Shown here in pieces: positions 1-11,919 of a DNA stretch of 47,740 nt. The notes under the pieces are model-generated. The model saw nothing but the letters and a program-made list of their open reading frames with translations, was not told the origin of the DNA and did not search any database. The DNA is from Candidatus Levyibacteriota bacterium. Lineage in GTDB: Bacteria; Pseudomonadota; Gammaproteobacteria; Burkholderiales; Casimicrobiaceae. Location of the stretch: positions 1 to 47,740 of the forward strand of contig JBLMVY010000122.1 of assembly GCA_050256935.1 (NCBI GenBank). The letters run 5' to 3'. Numbering within the stretch: position 1 is the first letter of the stretch; each line of letters begins with the position of its first letter. The position numbers were made by a program, and so were the translations under genes.

Positions 1-182
1 ATGTCGAGCTTCGCCACGGTGAGCTTGCCCTCGTAGGACTTCGCCACCTCGTCCAGCACCGGCGCGAACATCCTGCACGGGCCGCACCATTCCGCCCAGA
101 AATCCACCAGCACCGGGTTCGCGGACTGAAGCACGTCGCGCTCGAACGTCGAGTCGGTGACGTGCTTGATCGTGTCACTCAT
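1..182 (-). CDS. trxA: Thioredoxin (3' part runs off the window start)
   Basis: Manual translation of the minus strand from ATG at 182: [41 protein letters not shown]..., with the WCGPC active site. Not in the ORF track because it is truncated. Confidence 0.95.
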   Translation of the reverse strand, partial: MSDTIKHVTDSTFERDVLQSANPVLVDFWAEWCGPCRMFAPVLDEVAKSYEGKLTVAKLD

Positions 183-401
183 TGATTGGAGTCCTTTCCT
201 GCTCGGGGTATCGTCCGTGTCCTTGCGCCCGAACCGCATCGGCATCCGCAGGGCCGGGGCCACAGTTTACCGCAACGCTGCGCGAGGGCAGCCTTCGAGC
301 GGGGAGATGGGTGCGTTCTGCTAAAATTCAAGCTTCCGCAGGCCCGCCGCCCGCCCCTCGCCGTCCCATCGCTCATTGGCGCCCGTTCGCCGTCCACGAC
401 C

Positions 402-725
402 ATGACCTACGTCGTCACCGAAAGCTGCATCCGTTGCAAGTACACCGACTGCGTCGATGTATGTCCGGTCGACTGCTTCCGCGAGGGCCCGAACTTCCTG
501 GTCATCGACCCCGACGAGTGCATCGACTGCACGCTTTGCGTCGCCGAGTGTCCGGTCGAGGCCATCTACGCCGAGGACGACGTGCCCGACAAGCAGCAGC
601 AGTTCAAGGCGCTCAACGCGGAACTGGCCAAGCTCTGGAAGCCGATCATCGAGCGCAAGCCGGCGCCGGAGGACGCGGACCAGTGGAAGGACGTCCCCGA
701 CAAGCTCCAATACCTGCAGCGCTGA
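402..725 (+). CDS. fdxA: 7Fe-type ferredoxin (FdxA family)
   Basis: [26 protein letters not shown]...[12 protein letters not shown], 107 aa. True start is ATG 402 inside ORF 186..725. Confidence 0.93.
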   Translation: MTYVVTESCIRCKYTDCVDVCPVDCFREGPNFLVIDPDECIDCTLCVAECPVEAIYAEDDVPDKQQQFKALNAELAKLWKPIIERKPAPEDADQWKDVPDKLQYLQR

Positions 726-745
726 CCGGTGCGCAGCGCCGCGGT

Positions 746-775
746 TTGACCGGCGAGCGCTCTGCCTACTAGAAT
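746..775 (+). promoter_or_regulatory. Putative sigma70 promoter for the cytochrome c pair
   Basis: TTGACC (746-751), 18 nt spacer, TAGAAT (770-775). Confidence 0.55.
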
Positions 776-828
776 CGCGGGGTTTTGCGCGCGTGCTGCG
801 CGCTCCCGTCCACTGATCCCCGACATCG

Positions 829-1176
829 ATGATCCGACACACCGCATTTGCCGCCCTCCTGATGGCGGTCGCAACGACATGCGCCGCGCAGGGCGCCACA
901 CCGACCGGCGACGCCGCCAAGGGGCGGGACAAGACGCGGATGTGCGAGGGCTGCCACGGCATCGACGGCTGGCGCGCCGCATATCCGGAGGTCTACAGCG
1001 TTCCGCGGCTCGGCGGCCAGCACGCCGCGTACATCGACAAGGCGCTGCACGAGTACAAGAGCGGGGAACGCAGCTACCCGTCGATGCGCGCGATCGCGGC
1101 GACGCTGTCCGACCAGGACATCGCCGACCTCGCCGCCTACTACTCCGAGGGTTCCACGAAGACGGCAGGCAAATGA
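829..1176 (+). CDS. Periplasmic mono-heme cytochrome c (c553/c4-like)
   Basis: Signal peptide, CEGCH heme motif, PRLGGQ...Y..KAL..YKSGER...M pattern. Confidence 0.88.
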   Translation: MIRHTAFAALLMAVATTCAAQGATPTGDAAKGRDKTRMCEGCHGIDGWRAAYPEVYSVPRLGGQHAAYIDKALHEYKSGERSYPSMRAIAATLSDQDIADLAAYYSEGSTKTAGK

Positions 1177-1508
1177 TGAACACGACGCGCATCTCCATCC
1201 TGCTCGCCGCGGTCTCGGCTCTCGCCTGCACCCCGGTCCTCGCCGCCGACATGGCGGCAGCCCAGGCGAAGGTCAAGGAAGTCTGCCAGGCCTGCCACGG
1301 CCTCGACGGCAACAGCCAGTCTGCCGACTATCCGCGGCTCGGCGGGCAGCATGCCGACTACCTCGCCAAGGCGCTGCGCGACTACAAGTCGGGCGCGCGC
1401 AAGAACCCGATCATGAACGGGTTCGCGGCGACGCTGACCGATCAGGACATCGACAACCTGGCCGCCTATTTCTCGGCGCAACCGCCGGTCGTCTACACCA
1501 AGCGCTAG
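1173..1508 (+). CDS. Periplasmic mono-heme cytochrome c (c553/c4-like)
   Basis: Start ATG overlaps the upstream stop (ATGA). Signal peptide, CQACH, YPRLGGQHADYL..AL.DYKSGARKNPIM. Confidence 0.88.
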   Translation: MMNTTRISILLAAVSALACTPVLAADMAAAQAKVKEVCQACHGLDGNSQSADYPRLGGQHADYLAKALRDYKSGARKNPIMNGFAATLTDQDIDNLAAYFSAQPPVVYTKR

Positions 1509-1513
1509 GTCGT

Positions 1514-1939
1514 TCAGCGCGCACGCGCGAGGCAGTCGAGGTACAGCGCTCCGTCGGGGGCGCTGCCGGTGCGCTGCGCCTGCCAGATCACCTCGCCCAG
1601 GCACTCCAGCACCGCGTGGGCGGCCGCATGGGCGTCGCCGCGGGCGGCGACCAGCCGCTCGTAATGCTCGCGTATGCCGCGCGGCTGGTCGATCGCCAGC
1701 TGCTCGGCGACGGCGAGATGCAGCGACAGGTGCAGGAAGGGGTTGACGTCGCCCTGTTCGGGAAGGAAATCGCGGCCGATGTGGCGCCCGGGCGTCTCGA
1801 GCACCGCGTGGTACTCGGGGTGCATGGCGATCAGCTGTGCTGCCGTCTGCGCCAGTCCCGACAGCGGCTCGCCCGCGCGATGACGGCGCCAGGAATCGAT
1901 CAGGAACTGCCGCGCTTGATCGCGCGTGGGGGCGAACAT
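1514..1939 (-). CDS. DUF1841 family protein
   Basis: MFAPTRDQARQFL..W...HPEYH...NPFLHLSLHLAVAEQLAIDQP; family usually found beside nth. Confidence 0.8.
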   Translation of the reverse strand: MFAPTRDQARQFLIDSWRRHRAGEPLSGLAQTAAQLIAMHPEYHAVLETPGRHIGRDFLPEQGDVNPFLHLSLHLAVAEQLAIDQPRGIREHYERLVAARGDAHAAAHAVLECLGEVIWQAQRTGSAPDGALYLDCLARAR

Positions 1940-1943
1940 CGGG

Positions 1944-2714
1944 TCAGGATGCGCCGCGCCTGCCGCCGCGACGCTCGCGCGCATCGCCGCGCGCCTTCGC
2001 CGCCGGAACGGGGCGCTTGCGCGCGACTGCCGGGGCCGCAGGCGACATGCGCCCCGGCGCCGCGGGGCCTGCCCGGGGCGCACGCCCGGTCTTGTCCGGA
2101 TATTCGCAGAGATCCTCGATCGGGCACTGTGCGCATTTCGGCGAGCGCGCGACGCAGGTGTAGCGACCGTGCAGGATCAGCCAGTGATGTGCGTGGAGCT
2201 TGAACTCGTCGGGCGTGACCTTGAGCAGTGCCTGCTCGACGGCCAGCGGGTCCTTGCCGGGTGCAAGACGCGTCCGGTTGGCGACGCGGAAAATGTGGGT
2301 GTCGACCGCGATCGTCGGCTCCCCGAAGGCGACGTTGAGGACGACGTTGGCGGTCTTGCGCCCGACCCCGGGAAGCCGCTCCAGCGCATCGCGGTCACGC
2401 GGAACCTCGCCGCCGTGCTCGCGCAGCAGGATCTGCGACAGCGCGACGATGTTCTTCGCCTTGTTGTTGTAGAGGCCGATCGAGCTCACGTAGGGGATCA
2501 GCCCGTCGACGCCGAGCTTCACCATCGCGGCCGGTGTGTTCGCCACCGGGAACAGGCGCGCGGTGGCCTTGTTGACGCCCTTGTCGGTCGCCTGCGCGGA
2601 CAGCACCACCGCCACCAGCAGCTCGAATGGCGTCCGGTGCGCAAGCTCCGACCGCGGCTCGGGGTTGGCCGCCTGCAGGCGCTCGAAGATCCGGCGGCGC
2701 TTCTGTGGATTCAT
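1944..2714 (-). CDS. nth: Endonuclease III
   Basis: LLVAVVLSAQATD, HhH LPGVGRKTANVV, AVDTHIFRV, Fe-S motif CVARSPKCAQCPIEDLC; carries a basic C-terminal extension. Confidence 0.95.
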   Translation of the reverse strand: MNPQKRRRIFERLQAANPEPRSELAHRTPFELLVAVVLSAQATDKGVNKATARLFPVANTPAAMVKLGVDGLIPYVSSIGLYNNKAKNIVALSQILLREHGGEVPRDRDALERLPGVGRKTANVVLNVAFGEPTIAVDTHIFRVANRTRLAPGKDPLAVEQALLKVTPDEFKLHAHHWLILHGRYTCVARSPKCAQCPIEDLCEYPDKTGRAPRAGPAAPGRMSPAAPAVARKRPVPAAKARGDARERRGGRRGAS

Positions 2715-2724
2715 CGTCTCGCGA

Positions 2725-3330
2725 TTATAGGGACTGCGGACTGCCGGCCTTCCCGGCGCGCCGGGCGCGGGCCCGCGCCAGCGCGGCGTCGACCGCTGCC
2801 TTGCGCTTGCGCTCGTCGGCAGCGCGCAGCGCGAGCTCGCGTCCGGCGGCGATGCGACGTTCCCGCGCCTGATGGCGCAGCCGCGCTGCCTGCGCATCCG
2901 CAGTCTCCCACGAGCGTCCCGCGGGCACCATGACGATGCAATCGACCGGGCAGGGCGGGATGCACAATTCGCAACCGCTGCACAGCGACGACAGGACGGC
3001 GTGGAGCCGCTTGCGGGCGCCGATGATCGCGTCGACCGGGCAGGCCTGGATGCACAGCGTGCAGCCGATGCAGGCGCTCTCGTCGATGCGGGCGAGCAAG
3101 AGCGGCCCCGGCAGCCCGCGCGAGGTGTCGAGCGCAGGGGGGTCGCGCTCGAGCAGCGCGGCCAGCGACGCGATCAGCCGCTCGCCTCCCGGCGGGCAGC
3201 GATTGATGTCGGCCTCGCCGGCGGCGATCGCGGCGGCATACGGACGGCAGGCCGGAAAACCGCAGCGCGTACATTGCGTCTGCGGCAGCAGGGCATCGAT
3301 GCGCTCGTCGATTGCGGTGCTCGCGGGCAT
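2725..3330 (-). CDS. rsxB: RnfB/RsxB-like Fe-S electron transport protein (soluble form)
   Basis: [49 protein letters not shown]; no N-terminal TM helix. Confidence 0.85.
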   Translation of the reverse strand: MPASTAIDERIDALLPQTQCTRCGFPACRPYAAAIAAGEADINRCPPGGERLIASLAALLERDPPALDTSRGLPGPLLLARIDESACIGCTLCIQACPVDAIIGARKRLHAVLSSLCSGCELCIPPCPVDCIVMVPAGRSWETADAQAARLRHQARERRIAAGRELALRAADERKRKAAVDAALARARARRAGKAGSPQSL

Positions 3331-3484
3331 CCGTCATTCTAGCCGGCAGCCGTGCAGCGTCGCTCGCCGCGGACTTCGCGATGCCGGCACCGGCCGCAGC
3401 GGCTGAACGCTGCCCGACACCCCGATGCCCCGACCTCCGCTGCCGACCCCGACCGACGATCCGACGCCACGGGATCGCCCTGCC

Positions 3485-4102
3485 ATGCCGGTGACCGATC
3501 CTGCCGCGGGCGCGCTCGCCCGCGTCGCATGGCGCGTGCAGCGCGCGACCGGCTGGTCGACGGTCCTCGCCCGCCCCGTCCCGGCGCGCTGCGTGATCAT
3601 CTTCTTTCCCCACACGTCGAACTGGGATTTCGTCGTCGGGCTGCTCGCCAAGTGGGCGATCGGCCTGCACGTGCGGTGGATCGCCAAGGATTCGCTGTTC
3701 GAGACGCCGCTGGCGCCGCTGCTGCGTCGCTGGGGCGGGATTCCGGTGAATCGCCGCGAGCGCAGCGGCATGGTCGCCCGCCTGTGCGAGGCGATCGCCG
3801 CGAACGACGAGTTCCGGGTCGTCATCGCGCCGGAAGGGACGCGCAGCCGCACCGAGGGCTGGAAATCGGGTTTCTATCGCCTGGCGCAGGCGGCAGGCGT
3901 TCCGCTGGGCCTCGCGTTCATCGACTATCGAAGGCGCGAGATCGGAATCGGCGCCTGGATCGAGCTGACGGGAGACGTCGATGCGGACATGGCGGCGATC
4001 GCGCGGTTCTATCGGGACCGGACGGCGCGGCGACCCGAACTCGTCGGTCCGGTCCGGCTCGACGCCGCGGCAGCGCGCGGGAACGAACGCGGCGCGCCCT
4101 GA
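3485..4102 (+). CDS. 1-acyl-sn-glycerol-3-phosphate/lysophospholipid acyltransferase (PlsC-like)
   Basis: PHTSNWD (HX4D) and APEGTRS motifs; start may be 3425 or 3485. Confidence 0.85.
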   Translation: MPVTDPAAGALARVAWRVQRATGWSTVLARPVPARCVIIFFPHTSNWDFVVGLLAKWAIGLHVRWIAKDSLFETPLAPLLRRWGGIPVNRRERSGMVARLCEAIAANDEFRVVIAPEGTRSRTEGWKSGFYRLAQAAGVPLGLAFIDYRRREIGIGAWIELTGDVDADMAAIARFYRDRTARRPELVGPVRLDAAAARGNERGAP

Positions 4103-4136
4103 CCGCCCGGCGTGGCGGCCGGCTGGGCAGTCCCGG

Positions 4137-5117
4137 TCAGATCCAGCGCGCGCGGCGGAAGCGCCAGAACAGCAGGAGATCGATGACCAGCATGATCCCG
4201 AGCGCCAGCGGGTAGCCGTGCTGCCATTCGAGCTCGGGCATGTTCTTGAAATTCATCCCGTAGATGCCCGCGATCAGCGTGGGGATGGTGATCAGCGCGC
4301 CCCAGGCCGCGAGGCGCTTGGTGACCTCGCTGTCGGAGATGCCGATCAGGGCCAGGTTGACCTGGATCGCCGTCGTCAGCATTTCGCGGATGCTCTCGAT
4401 CGAGCCGTTGATCCGCGCCAGGTGGTCGTAGACGTCGCGGAAGTACTCCTGGGTGCCCTGGCACAGCTGCGGGACGCGGCCGCCGTAGAGCTTGCCGACC
4501 GCCTCCATCAGCGGCGAGACGACGTGCTTCAGCGACATCAGCATGCGCTTCAGCTCGTAGAGATCCTCGATCTTGCTGCGCGACGAGCCTCCCGAGAACA
4601 GCTGCTCCTCCGCGGCCTCGAGGCGGGTCTCGAGCTCGTCGAGGACCGGGAAATAGCGGTCGACGACGTTGTCGATCAGCGCATAGAAGACGAATCCCGA
4701 TCCGTGCTTCAGCAGCTCGGGCTCGCGCTCGGTCCTCGCCCTCACCGCCGAGAACCCGGTCTGGGTGCGCTGGCGCACGGTCAGCACGTAATTGGGGCCG
4801 ACGAACACCGCGACTTCCCCGATGCGCAGCTCGTCGGCGCCCGCGCCGGACTTGACCATCTCCACCGGGTGCAGGACCGCGAACAGCGAGTCGCCGTATT
4901 CCTCGATCTTGGGCCGCTGGTGGCCCTTGCGGGCGTCCTCGACGGCGAGCTCGTGCAGTCCGAACTCGACGGCCATCTGGTCGAGCTCGTCGGGCGCGGG
5001 CTCGAACATCGCGACCCAGACGAAGCAGCCCGGCCGCTGCAGGTACTCGCTGATGTCCGCGACCGGGATTTCCGCGAGCTTGCGGCCGTTCTGGTAGGCG
5101 ACGCAGGTGACGAGCAT
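4137..5117 (-). CDS. corA: CorA family Mg2+/Co2+ transporter
   Basis: HQRPKIEEY and YGMNF..MPEL signature, two C-terminal TM helices. Confidence 0.93.
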   Translation of the reverse strand: MLVTCVAYQNGRKLAEIPVADISEYLQRPGCFVWVAMFEPAPDELDQMAVEFGLHELAVEDARKGHQRPKIEEYGDSLFAVLHPVEMVKSGAGADELRIGEVAVFVGPNYVLTVRQRTQTGFSAVRARTEREPELLKHGSGFVFYALIDNVVDRYFPVLDELETRLEAAEEQLFSGGSSRSKIEDLYELKRMLMSLKHVVSPLMEAVGKLYGGRVPQLCQGTQEYFRDVYDHLARINGSIESIREMLTTAIQVNLALIGISDSEVTKRLAAWGALITIPTLIAGIYGMNFKNMPELEWQHGYPLALGIMLVIDLLLFWRFRRARWI

Positions 5118-5353
5118 GGTGGACGGGCGACGGGACTGGCCGTCATCATAGCGATCGCCCGCGCCCCGGGCCAGCGACCCGGCACCGGCTCCCGACGGGC
5201 GTGCGCGCGGGCCCGGCGCCGGCGTCCGGGACGTCGGGCGGCGCATGCTTGCAGGCCCGCGGCAGCCGCGCCCTGCCCGCGGGTAAGATGCAGGGACTTT
5301 CCAGCCGTTCGCCTTGAGCGTGCACACCGAGGCTACGCGAACCGCGCCCTGAC

Positions 5354-6547
5354 ATGATCATCACGTCGCTGCTCGACACCGACCTCTACAAGTTCACGAT
5401 GATGCAGGTGGTGCTGCATCATTTTCCGGAAGCGCAGGTCGAGTACCGGTTCAAGTGCCGCAATGCCGACATCGACCTGCGGCCCTACGTCGACGAGATC
5501 AGGCAGGAGATCCGCGACCTGTGCACGCTGCGCTTCGCGCCCCGCGAGCTCGACTACCTGCGCAGCTGGCGGTTCTTCAAGAGCGACTTCGTCGACCTGC
5601 TCGGGCTGTTCCATCTCGACGAGCGGTTCATCCACGTCGCCCCGATGCCCGACAGCCAGGAGATCGAGATCTGGATCAAGGGCCCGTGGCTGCACACGAT
5701 CCTGTTCGAGGTCCCGGTGCTGTCGATCGTGTCGGAGGTGTACAACCGCAACGTCCATCCCGAGCCCGATTACGCCGAGGGGCGGCGCCGGCTCGCGGCC
5801 AAGATCGCGCAGCTCAACGCGGTGCCCGACCCGGCGTTCCGCATCGCCGACTACGGCACGCGGCGGCGTTTCTCGCACGATTGGCAGCAGGAGGTGATCG
5901 TGTCGCTGCGCGACGGCATCGGCAGCCGCTTCGTCGGGACCAGCAACGTCAAGTTCGCGCTCGAGCACGGCCTGACGCCGCTGGGGACGATGGCGCACGA
6001 GTACCTGCAGGCATGCCAGGCGGTGGGGCCGCGGCTGCGCGACTCCCAGGTGTTCGCGTTCAACACCTGGGCCCGCGAATACCGGGGCGACCTCGGCATC
6101 GCGCTGTCGGACGTCTGCGGCATGGATGCGTTCCTGCGCGACTTCGACCTGTTCTTCTGCAAGCTCTTCGACGGCGTGCGCCACGACTCGGGTGATCCCT
6201 TCGAATGGGGGGAGAAGCTGATCGCGCATTACCAGAAGATGCGCATCGACCCGCGCACCAAGGCCATGGTCTTCTCGGACAGCCTGAACGTCCCGCTCGC
6301 GCTGCGCCTGTTCGAGTACTTCCGCGGGCGCAGCCAGACCGCATTCGGCATCGGCACCAACCTGACCAACGACCTGGGCTACGAGCCCCTGTCGATCGTC
6401 ATCAAGATGACGCGCTGCAACGGTCAGCCGGTGGCCAAGATCAGCGACGAGCCGACCAAGGCGATGGACTACGACCCGTCCTACGTCGCCTATCTGCGCG
6501 AGGTCTTCCAGGTCCCGGCGTCGACGGACGCCAGCGCGCGGCGGTAG
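5354..6547 (+). CDS. pncB: Nicotinate phosphoribosyltransferase
   Basis: [40 protein letters not shown]. Confidence 0.96.
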   Translation: MIITSLLDTDLYKFTMMQVVLHHFPEAQVEYRFKCRNADIDLRPYVDEIRQEIRDLCTLRFAPRELDYLRSWRFFKSDFVDLLGLFHLDERFIHVAPMPDSQEIEIWIKGPWLHTILFEVPVLSIVSEVYNRNVHPEPDYAEGRRRLAAKIAQLNAVPDPAFRIADYGTRRRFSHDWQQEVIVSLRDGIGSRFVGTSNVKFALEHGLTPLGTMAHEYLQACQAVGPRLRDSQVFAFNTWAREYRGDLGIALSDVCGMDAFLRDFDLFFCKLFDGVRHDSGDPFEWGEKLIAHYQKMRIDPRTKAMVFSDSLNVPLALRLFEYFRGRSQTAFGIGTNLTNDLGYEPLSIVIKMTRCNGQPVAKISDEPTKAMDYDPSYVAYLREVFQVPASTDASARR

Positions 6548-7047
6548 GCCGCGAGGGCGGCTTCGCCGAAGCACGCGAAGACGACGCGCTCGAGCCCGGG
6601 CTGGCGCGCCGCGAACCCGGCGGTCTCGCGCACCGCGATCGCGGTCGCCGCGTCGAGCGGATAGCCGTAGACGCCGCAGCTGATCGCGGGGAACGCGATC
6701 GATTTCAGGCCGTGCCCGCGGGCGAGCGCGAGCGAATTGCGGTAGCAGGCGGCAAGCAGCGCGGGCTCGCCCGCGTCGCCGCCGCGCCAGACCGGACCCA
6801 CGGTGTGGATGACGAATCGGGCAGGAAGCCGGTAGCCGTGCGTCAGGCGCGCTTCGCCGGTCGGGCAGCCGCCGAGGCCGCGGCATTCGGCGAGCAGCTC
6901 CGGCCCGGCGGCACGATGGATCGCGCCGTCGACGCCGTCGCCGCCGAGGAGCGAATTGTTGGCGGCATTGACGATCGCGTCGACGGCCAGCGTCGTGATG
7001 TCGACGTGACGCGCCTCGATGACGGTGTCGGCAACCTGGAGGGACAT
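6490..7047 (-). CDS. Macro-domain O-acetyl-ADP-ribose deacetylase (YmdB-like)
   Basis: [55 protein letters not shown]; real start ATG 7047 within ORF 6490..8544. Confidence 0.92.
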   Translation of the reverse strand: MSLQVADTVIEARHVDITTLAVDAIVNAANNSLLGGDGVDGAIHRAAGPELLAECRGLGGCPTGEARLTHGYRLPARFVIHTVGPVWRGGDAGEPALLAACYRNSLALARGHGLKSIAFPAISCGVYGYPLDAATAIAVRETAGFAARQPGLERVVFACFGEAALAAYRRALASVDAGTWKTSRR

Positions 7048-7191
7048 CGGCAGGGCCTGCGCGGGGATCGGCGATCGAGGGTCGTGGCTGGAACGACGAT
7101 CGGTGCACGCTACGCCCGATCCTGCGGGCGACGCAAGCATTGCCCGTGCCCTGCGCGCGACGCGGGGGATGCCCCGGTGTAAAGTCGGCGG

Positions 7192-9012
<1,821 letters not shown>

Positions 9013-9081
9013 GAGGACCGCCGGGGCCGCCCGACCTGGCGCTGCAGCGGCGGCGACCCTGGGGCAGCCGTCGGGAGGCCG

Positions 9082-9366
9082 CTATTTCTTCCTGGGCAGG
9101 ATGCCCTTGTCGCGAAGAACGTCGCGGGCGATCACCTGGCGCTGGGTGTCCGACATCTTCGGGAACGTCTTGCGCAGCTTCATGTCCGTATCCTCGAAGG
9201 CGCGGAAGGCCTGGGCTTCCTTTGCGCTCAGCCGGCTGTTCTCGGGCAGGCCCAGCGACTTGCGGATGCGCCTGCGCCTGGCGTTGGCGACCATTCGCAC
9301 CAGGGCGAACACCAGCAGCAGCACGACGACGATGAAGGCTACGGGGACCCAGCGAGCGTCGAACAT
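9082..9366 (-). CDS. Hypothetical small single-pass membrane protein
   Basis: MFDARWVPVAFIVVVLLLVFALVRM followed by a basic soluble tail; GAGG upstream; G/C-ending codons. Confidence 0.55.
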   Translation of the reverse strand: MFDARWVPVAFIVVVLLLVFALVRMVANARRRRIRKSLGLPENSRLSAKEAQAFRAFEDTDMKLRKTFPKMSDTQRQVIARDVLRDKGILPRKK

Positions 9367-9458
9367 GGAACCATCCTCAAAGTCTGCGCGCCCTGCGTCC
9401 CGGCCATCCCGCGTCGCGGGCGTCGTGCCTCCGTTGCGGGACGGCCGATGCGACCGGG

Positions 9459-9548
9459 TGGCGGATGGGGTGGGATTCGAACCCACGAATCGCTTGCGCG
9501 ATCGCTGGATTTCAAGTCCAGTGCATTCAACCGCTCTGCCACCCATCC
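9459..9548 (-). tRNA. tRNA-Ser (anticodon UGA)
   Basis: GGATGGG acceptor stem, CTGGA-CTTGAAA-TCCAG anticodon arm, long variable arm, GGTTCGAATCC T-arm, encoded CCA; 90 nt. Confidence 0.96.
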
Positions 9549-9654
9549 CGGGACTGCGTTCCAGCTGCCCGGCGGGCGTTGATTCTGCGGGCAGGCGCAC
9601 AAATCTTAGCACGGGCATCCGGGCTTCCCGGATGCGGCAAATGCCGGCAGTCAA

Positions 9655-9682
9655 TTGAAACTACGGCGGATTCTGCTAGTCT
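9655..9682 (+). promoter_or_regulatory. Putative sigma70 promoter for the yccA-like gene
   Basis: TTGAAA, 16 nt spacer, TAGTCT preceded by TGn. Confidence 0.4.
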
Positions 9683-9746
9683 AATCGGGTTGAATGCCCA
9701 TTCCGGGCAGGGGTATCGAGGGCGATGCCCTCATTGCGGAGGTTTC

Positions 9747-10457
9747 ATGGATCCAAGAGTGCAACCGGTTTTCACGCAGGACGCGACGACCCGGTCGGGC
9801 TCGGTGGCGGAGGCGCAGCACCGCGTGCTGCGCAACACCTACTGGCTGCTCGCGCTGTCGATGCTGCCGACCATCGCCGGCGCATGGGCCGGGATGCAGT
9901 TCAACTTCGTCAAGCTGTTCATCGCGTCACCGACGCTCACGCCGCTGCTGATGTTCGGGGTCATGATCGGGGCGCTGTTCGCGGTCACCGCGCTGCGCAA
10001 CAGCGCCTGGGGCGTGCCCGCGCTGTTCGGCTTCACGTTCATCGCCGGACTGATGCTGACGCCGATCCTCTCGGTGGCGGCCGGCTTCAAGAACGGCGGA
10101 CAGCTGGTCGCGCTGGCGGGCGGCATGACCGCCGCGATCTTCTTCGCGATGGCAGCGCTCGCCACGGTGTCCAAGCGGGACTTCTCGTTCCTCGGCAAGT
10201 TCCTGTTCGTCGGCTTGGTGCTGCTGATCGTCGCCTCGCTCGCCAACCTGTTCTTCCAGGTGCCGGCGCTGTCGCTGACGATCTCGGCGGTGGCGGTGCT
10301 GATCTTCTCCCTGTACCTGCTGTTCGACGTGCAGTCGATCGTGCGGGGCGGCGAGACGAACTACATCTCGGCCACGCTGAAGCTGTTCCTCGACGTCTAC
10401 AACATCTTCATCAACCTGCTGAACATCCTGCTCGCGTTCTCGGGGCAGCGCCGCTGA
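9747..10457 (+). CDS. yccA: Bax inhibitor-1/YccA family membrane protein
   Basis: VLRNTYWLLALS, about 7 TM helices, GGETNYISATL.LFLDVYNIF; GGAGG RBS; next to tRNA-Ser(UGA) as in E. coli serT-yccA. Confidence 0.92.
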   Translation: MDPRVQPVFTQDATTRSGSVAEAQHRVLRNTYWLLALSMLPTIAGAWAGMQFNFVKLFIASPTLTPLLMFGVMIGALFAVTALRNSAWGVPALFGFTFIAGLMLTPILSVAAGFKNGGQLVALAGGMTAAIFFAMAALATVSKRDFSFLGKFLFVGLVLLIVASLANLFFQVPALSLTISAVAVLIFSLYLLFDVQSIVRGGETNYISATLKLFLDVYNIFINLLNILLAFSGQRR

Positions 10458-10483
10458 TCGCGGCGCCGGTGCAATGGACGACG

Positions 10484-10513
10484 ACGGGGCGAGCGATCGC
10501 CCCGTTTTCGTTT
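10484..10513 (+). terminator. Rho-independent terminator
   Basis: ACGGGGCGA-gcga-TCGCCCCGT followed by TTTCGTTT, between convergent yccA and rlmD. Confidence 0.7.
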
Positions 10514-10520
10514 CGGGCGT

Positions 10521-11864
10521 TCAGGGCAGGAAGCGCGCGATCGACTCGACGTGCGCCGTATGCGGGAACATGTTGATCACGCCTGCGCTGTCCAGCCGGT
10601 AGCCGCGCTCGTGGACGAGGATGGCCGCGTCACGGGCGAGGGTGGCGGGATTGCAGGACACGTAGACGATGCGCTTAGGGGCGCGCTCGTCGTCGCGGTG
10701 CGGCAGCGACTTGGCGAGCTCGGCGGCGCCCTCGCGCGGCGGGTCGATCAGCACGCGATCGAGAGGACCCAGCGCCGCGACGGTCTCGGCGGTCGCGGCG
10801 AACAGGTTGGCGCAGACGTAGCTCGTCTGCGCCGACAGTCCGTTGTAGCGCGCGTTCGCCTGCGCCCGGGCGACCAGCGCGCGGCTTCCTTCGACCCCGA
10901 CCGCGTACGCGCCGCGGCGCGCGATCGGCAGCGTGAAATTCCCCAGTCCGCAGAAGAAATCGCCGACGCGCTCGCCGGGCTGCGGATCGAGGAGCTGCAG
11001 CGCGCGGCGCACCAGCACGCGGTTGATCGCGGCGTTGACCTGCGTGAAATCGGTGGGCGCGAAAGGCATCGCCACGTCGAATTCCGGCAGCGTGTAGGCC
11101 AGCGTCGCCTCCGGCGGGTGGAAGGGGACGACGGAGTCGGGACCGGCCGGCTGCAGCCAGAACTCGACCTGCTGCGCGTTCGCGAATTCGACGAGCCGGG
11201 CGCGGTCGGCGTCCGTCAGCGGCTCCAGGATGCGCAACACCAGCGCGCAGACCAGCGCATCGCCCGCCGCAGCGCGCGTGTCCGGCACGAGTCGTTCGCC
11301 GACGGCGAGCTCGATTTGCGGCAGCCGCGTGCGGATCGACAGCGACTCGACCAGCGTCCGGAGCATCGGCAGCAGCGCGGAGACCCGGGCCGGGAGCACG
11401 TGGCATTCGCGCATGTCGGCGACGTAGCTCGACTTGCGTTCATGGAATCCGATCAGGATTCCGCCTTTCTTGGCGACGTCGCGCACCGACAGGCGCGCGC
11501 GATGGCGATAGCCCCACGCCGGACCGGCGATCGCCGGCAGCAGGGTGTCGGGACGCACGCGTCCGATCCGCCACAGCGCATCCTCGAGCGCGCGCTGCTT
11601 GGCTGCGACCTGCAGGCTGGGGTCGGCGTGCTGCAGCGTGCAGCCGCCGCAGACGCCGAAATGCGGGCAGCGGGGGGTGACGCGGCCGGCGTTGCAGGCG
11701 TGCACGGCGAGCGTGCGCGCAAGCTCGAAGCTCGGTTTGCGCCTGACGACCTCGGCGCTGACCGCCTCGCCGGGCAGCGCGCCTTCGACGAAGACGACCT
11801 TGCCCTGCGCGTGGGCGACGCCGCGGCCTTCCTGATCCAGCGATTCGATGGTCAATTCGATCAT
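10521..11864 (-). CDS. rlmD: 23S rRNA m5U1939 methyltransferase
   Basis: TRAM N-terminus, [10 protein letters not shown] Fe-S motif, [36 protein letters not shown]. Confidence 0.94.
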   Translation of the reverse strand: MIELTIESLDQEGRGVAHAQGKVVFVEGALPGEAVSAEVVRRKPSFELARTLAVHACNAGRVTPRCPHFGVCGGCTLQHADPSLQVAAKQRALEDALWRIGRVRPDTLLPAIAGPAWGYRHRARLSVRDVAKKGGILIGFHERKSSYVADMRECHVLPARVSALLPMLRTLVESLSIRTRLPQIELAVGERLVPDTRAAAGDALVCALVLRILEPLTDADRARLVEFANAQQVEFWLQPAGPDSVVPFHPPEATLAYTLPEFDVAMPFAPTDFTQVNAAINRVLVRRALQLLDPQPGERVGDFFCGLGNFTLPIARRGAYAVGVEGSRALVARAQANARYNGLSAQTSYVCANLFAATAETVAALGPLDRVLIDPPREGAAELAKSLPHRDDERAPKRIVYVSCNPATLARDAAILVHERGYRLDSAGVINMFPHTAHVESIARFLP

Positions 11865-11919
11865 GAGCGACGGCGCGGATTGTACGCGCCGGGGATCCGG
11901 CCCCCGGTAGAATGCGGCG

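Noticed and set aside
186-401. N-terminal extensions in the ORF track (fdxA, nth, corA, yccA, rlmD, alr, cysM, clpB and others)
   Set aside because: They are artefacts of calling the longest ORF; family N-termini and promoter/RBS positions support the downstream starts used here.
9689-9746. Two short hairpins in the yccA leader as a regulatory RNA
   Set aside because: The 5-6 bp GC stems do not sequester the GGAGG RBS and are expected by chance at this GC content.
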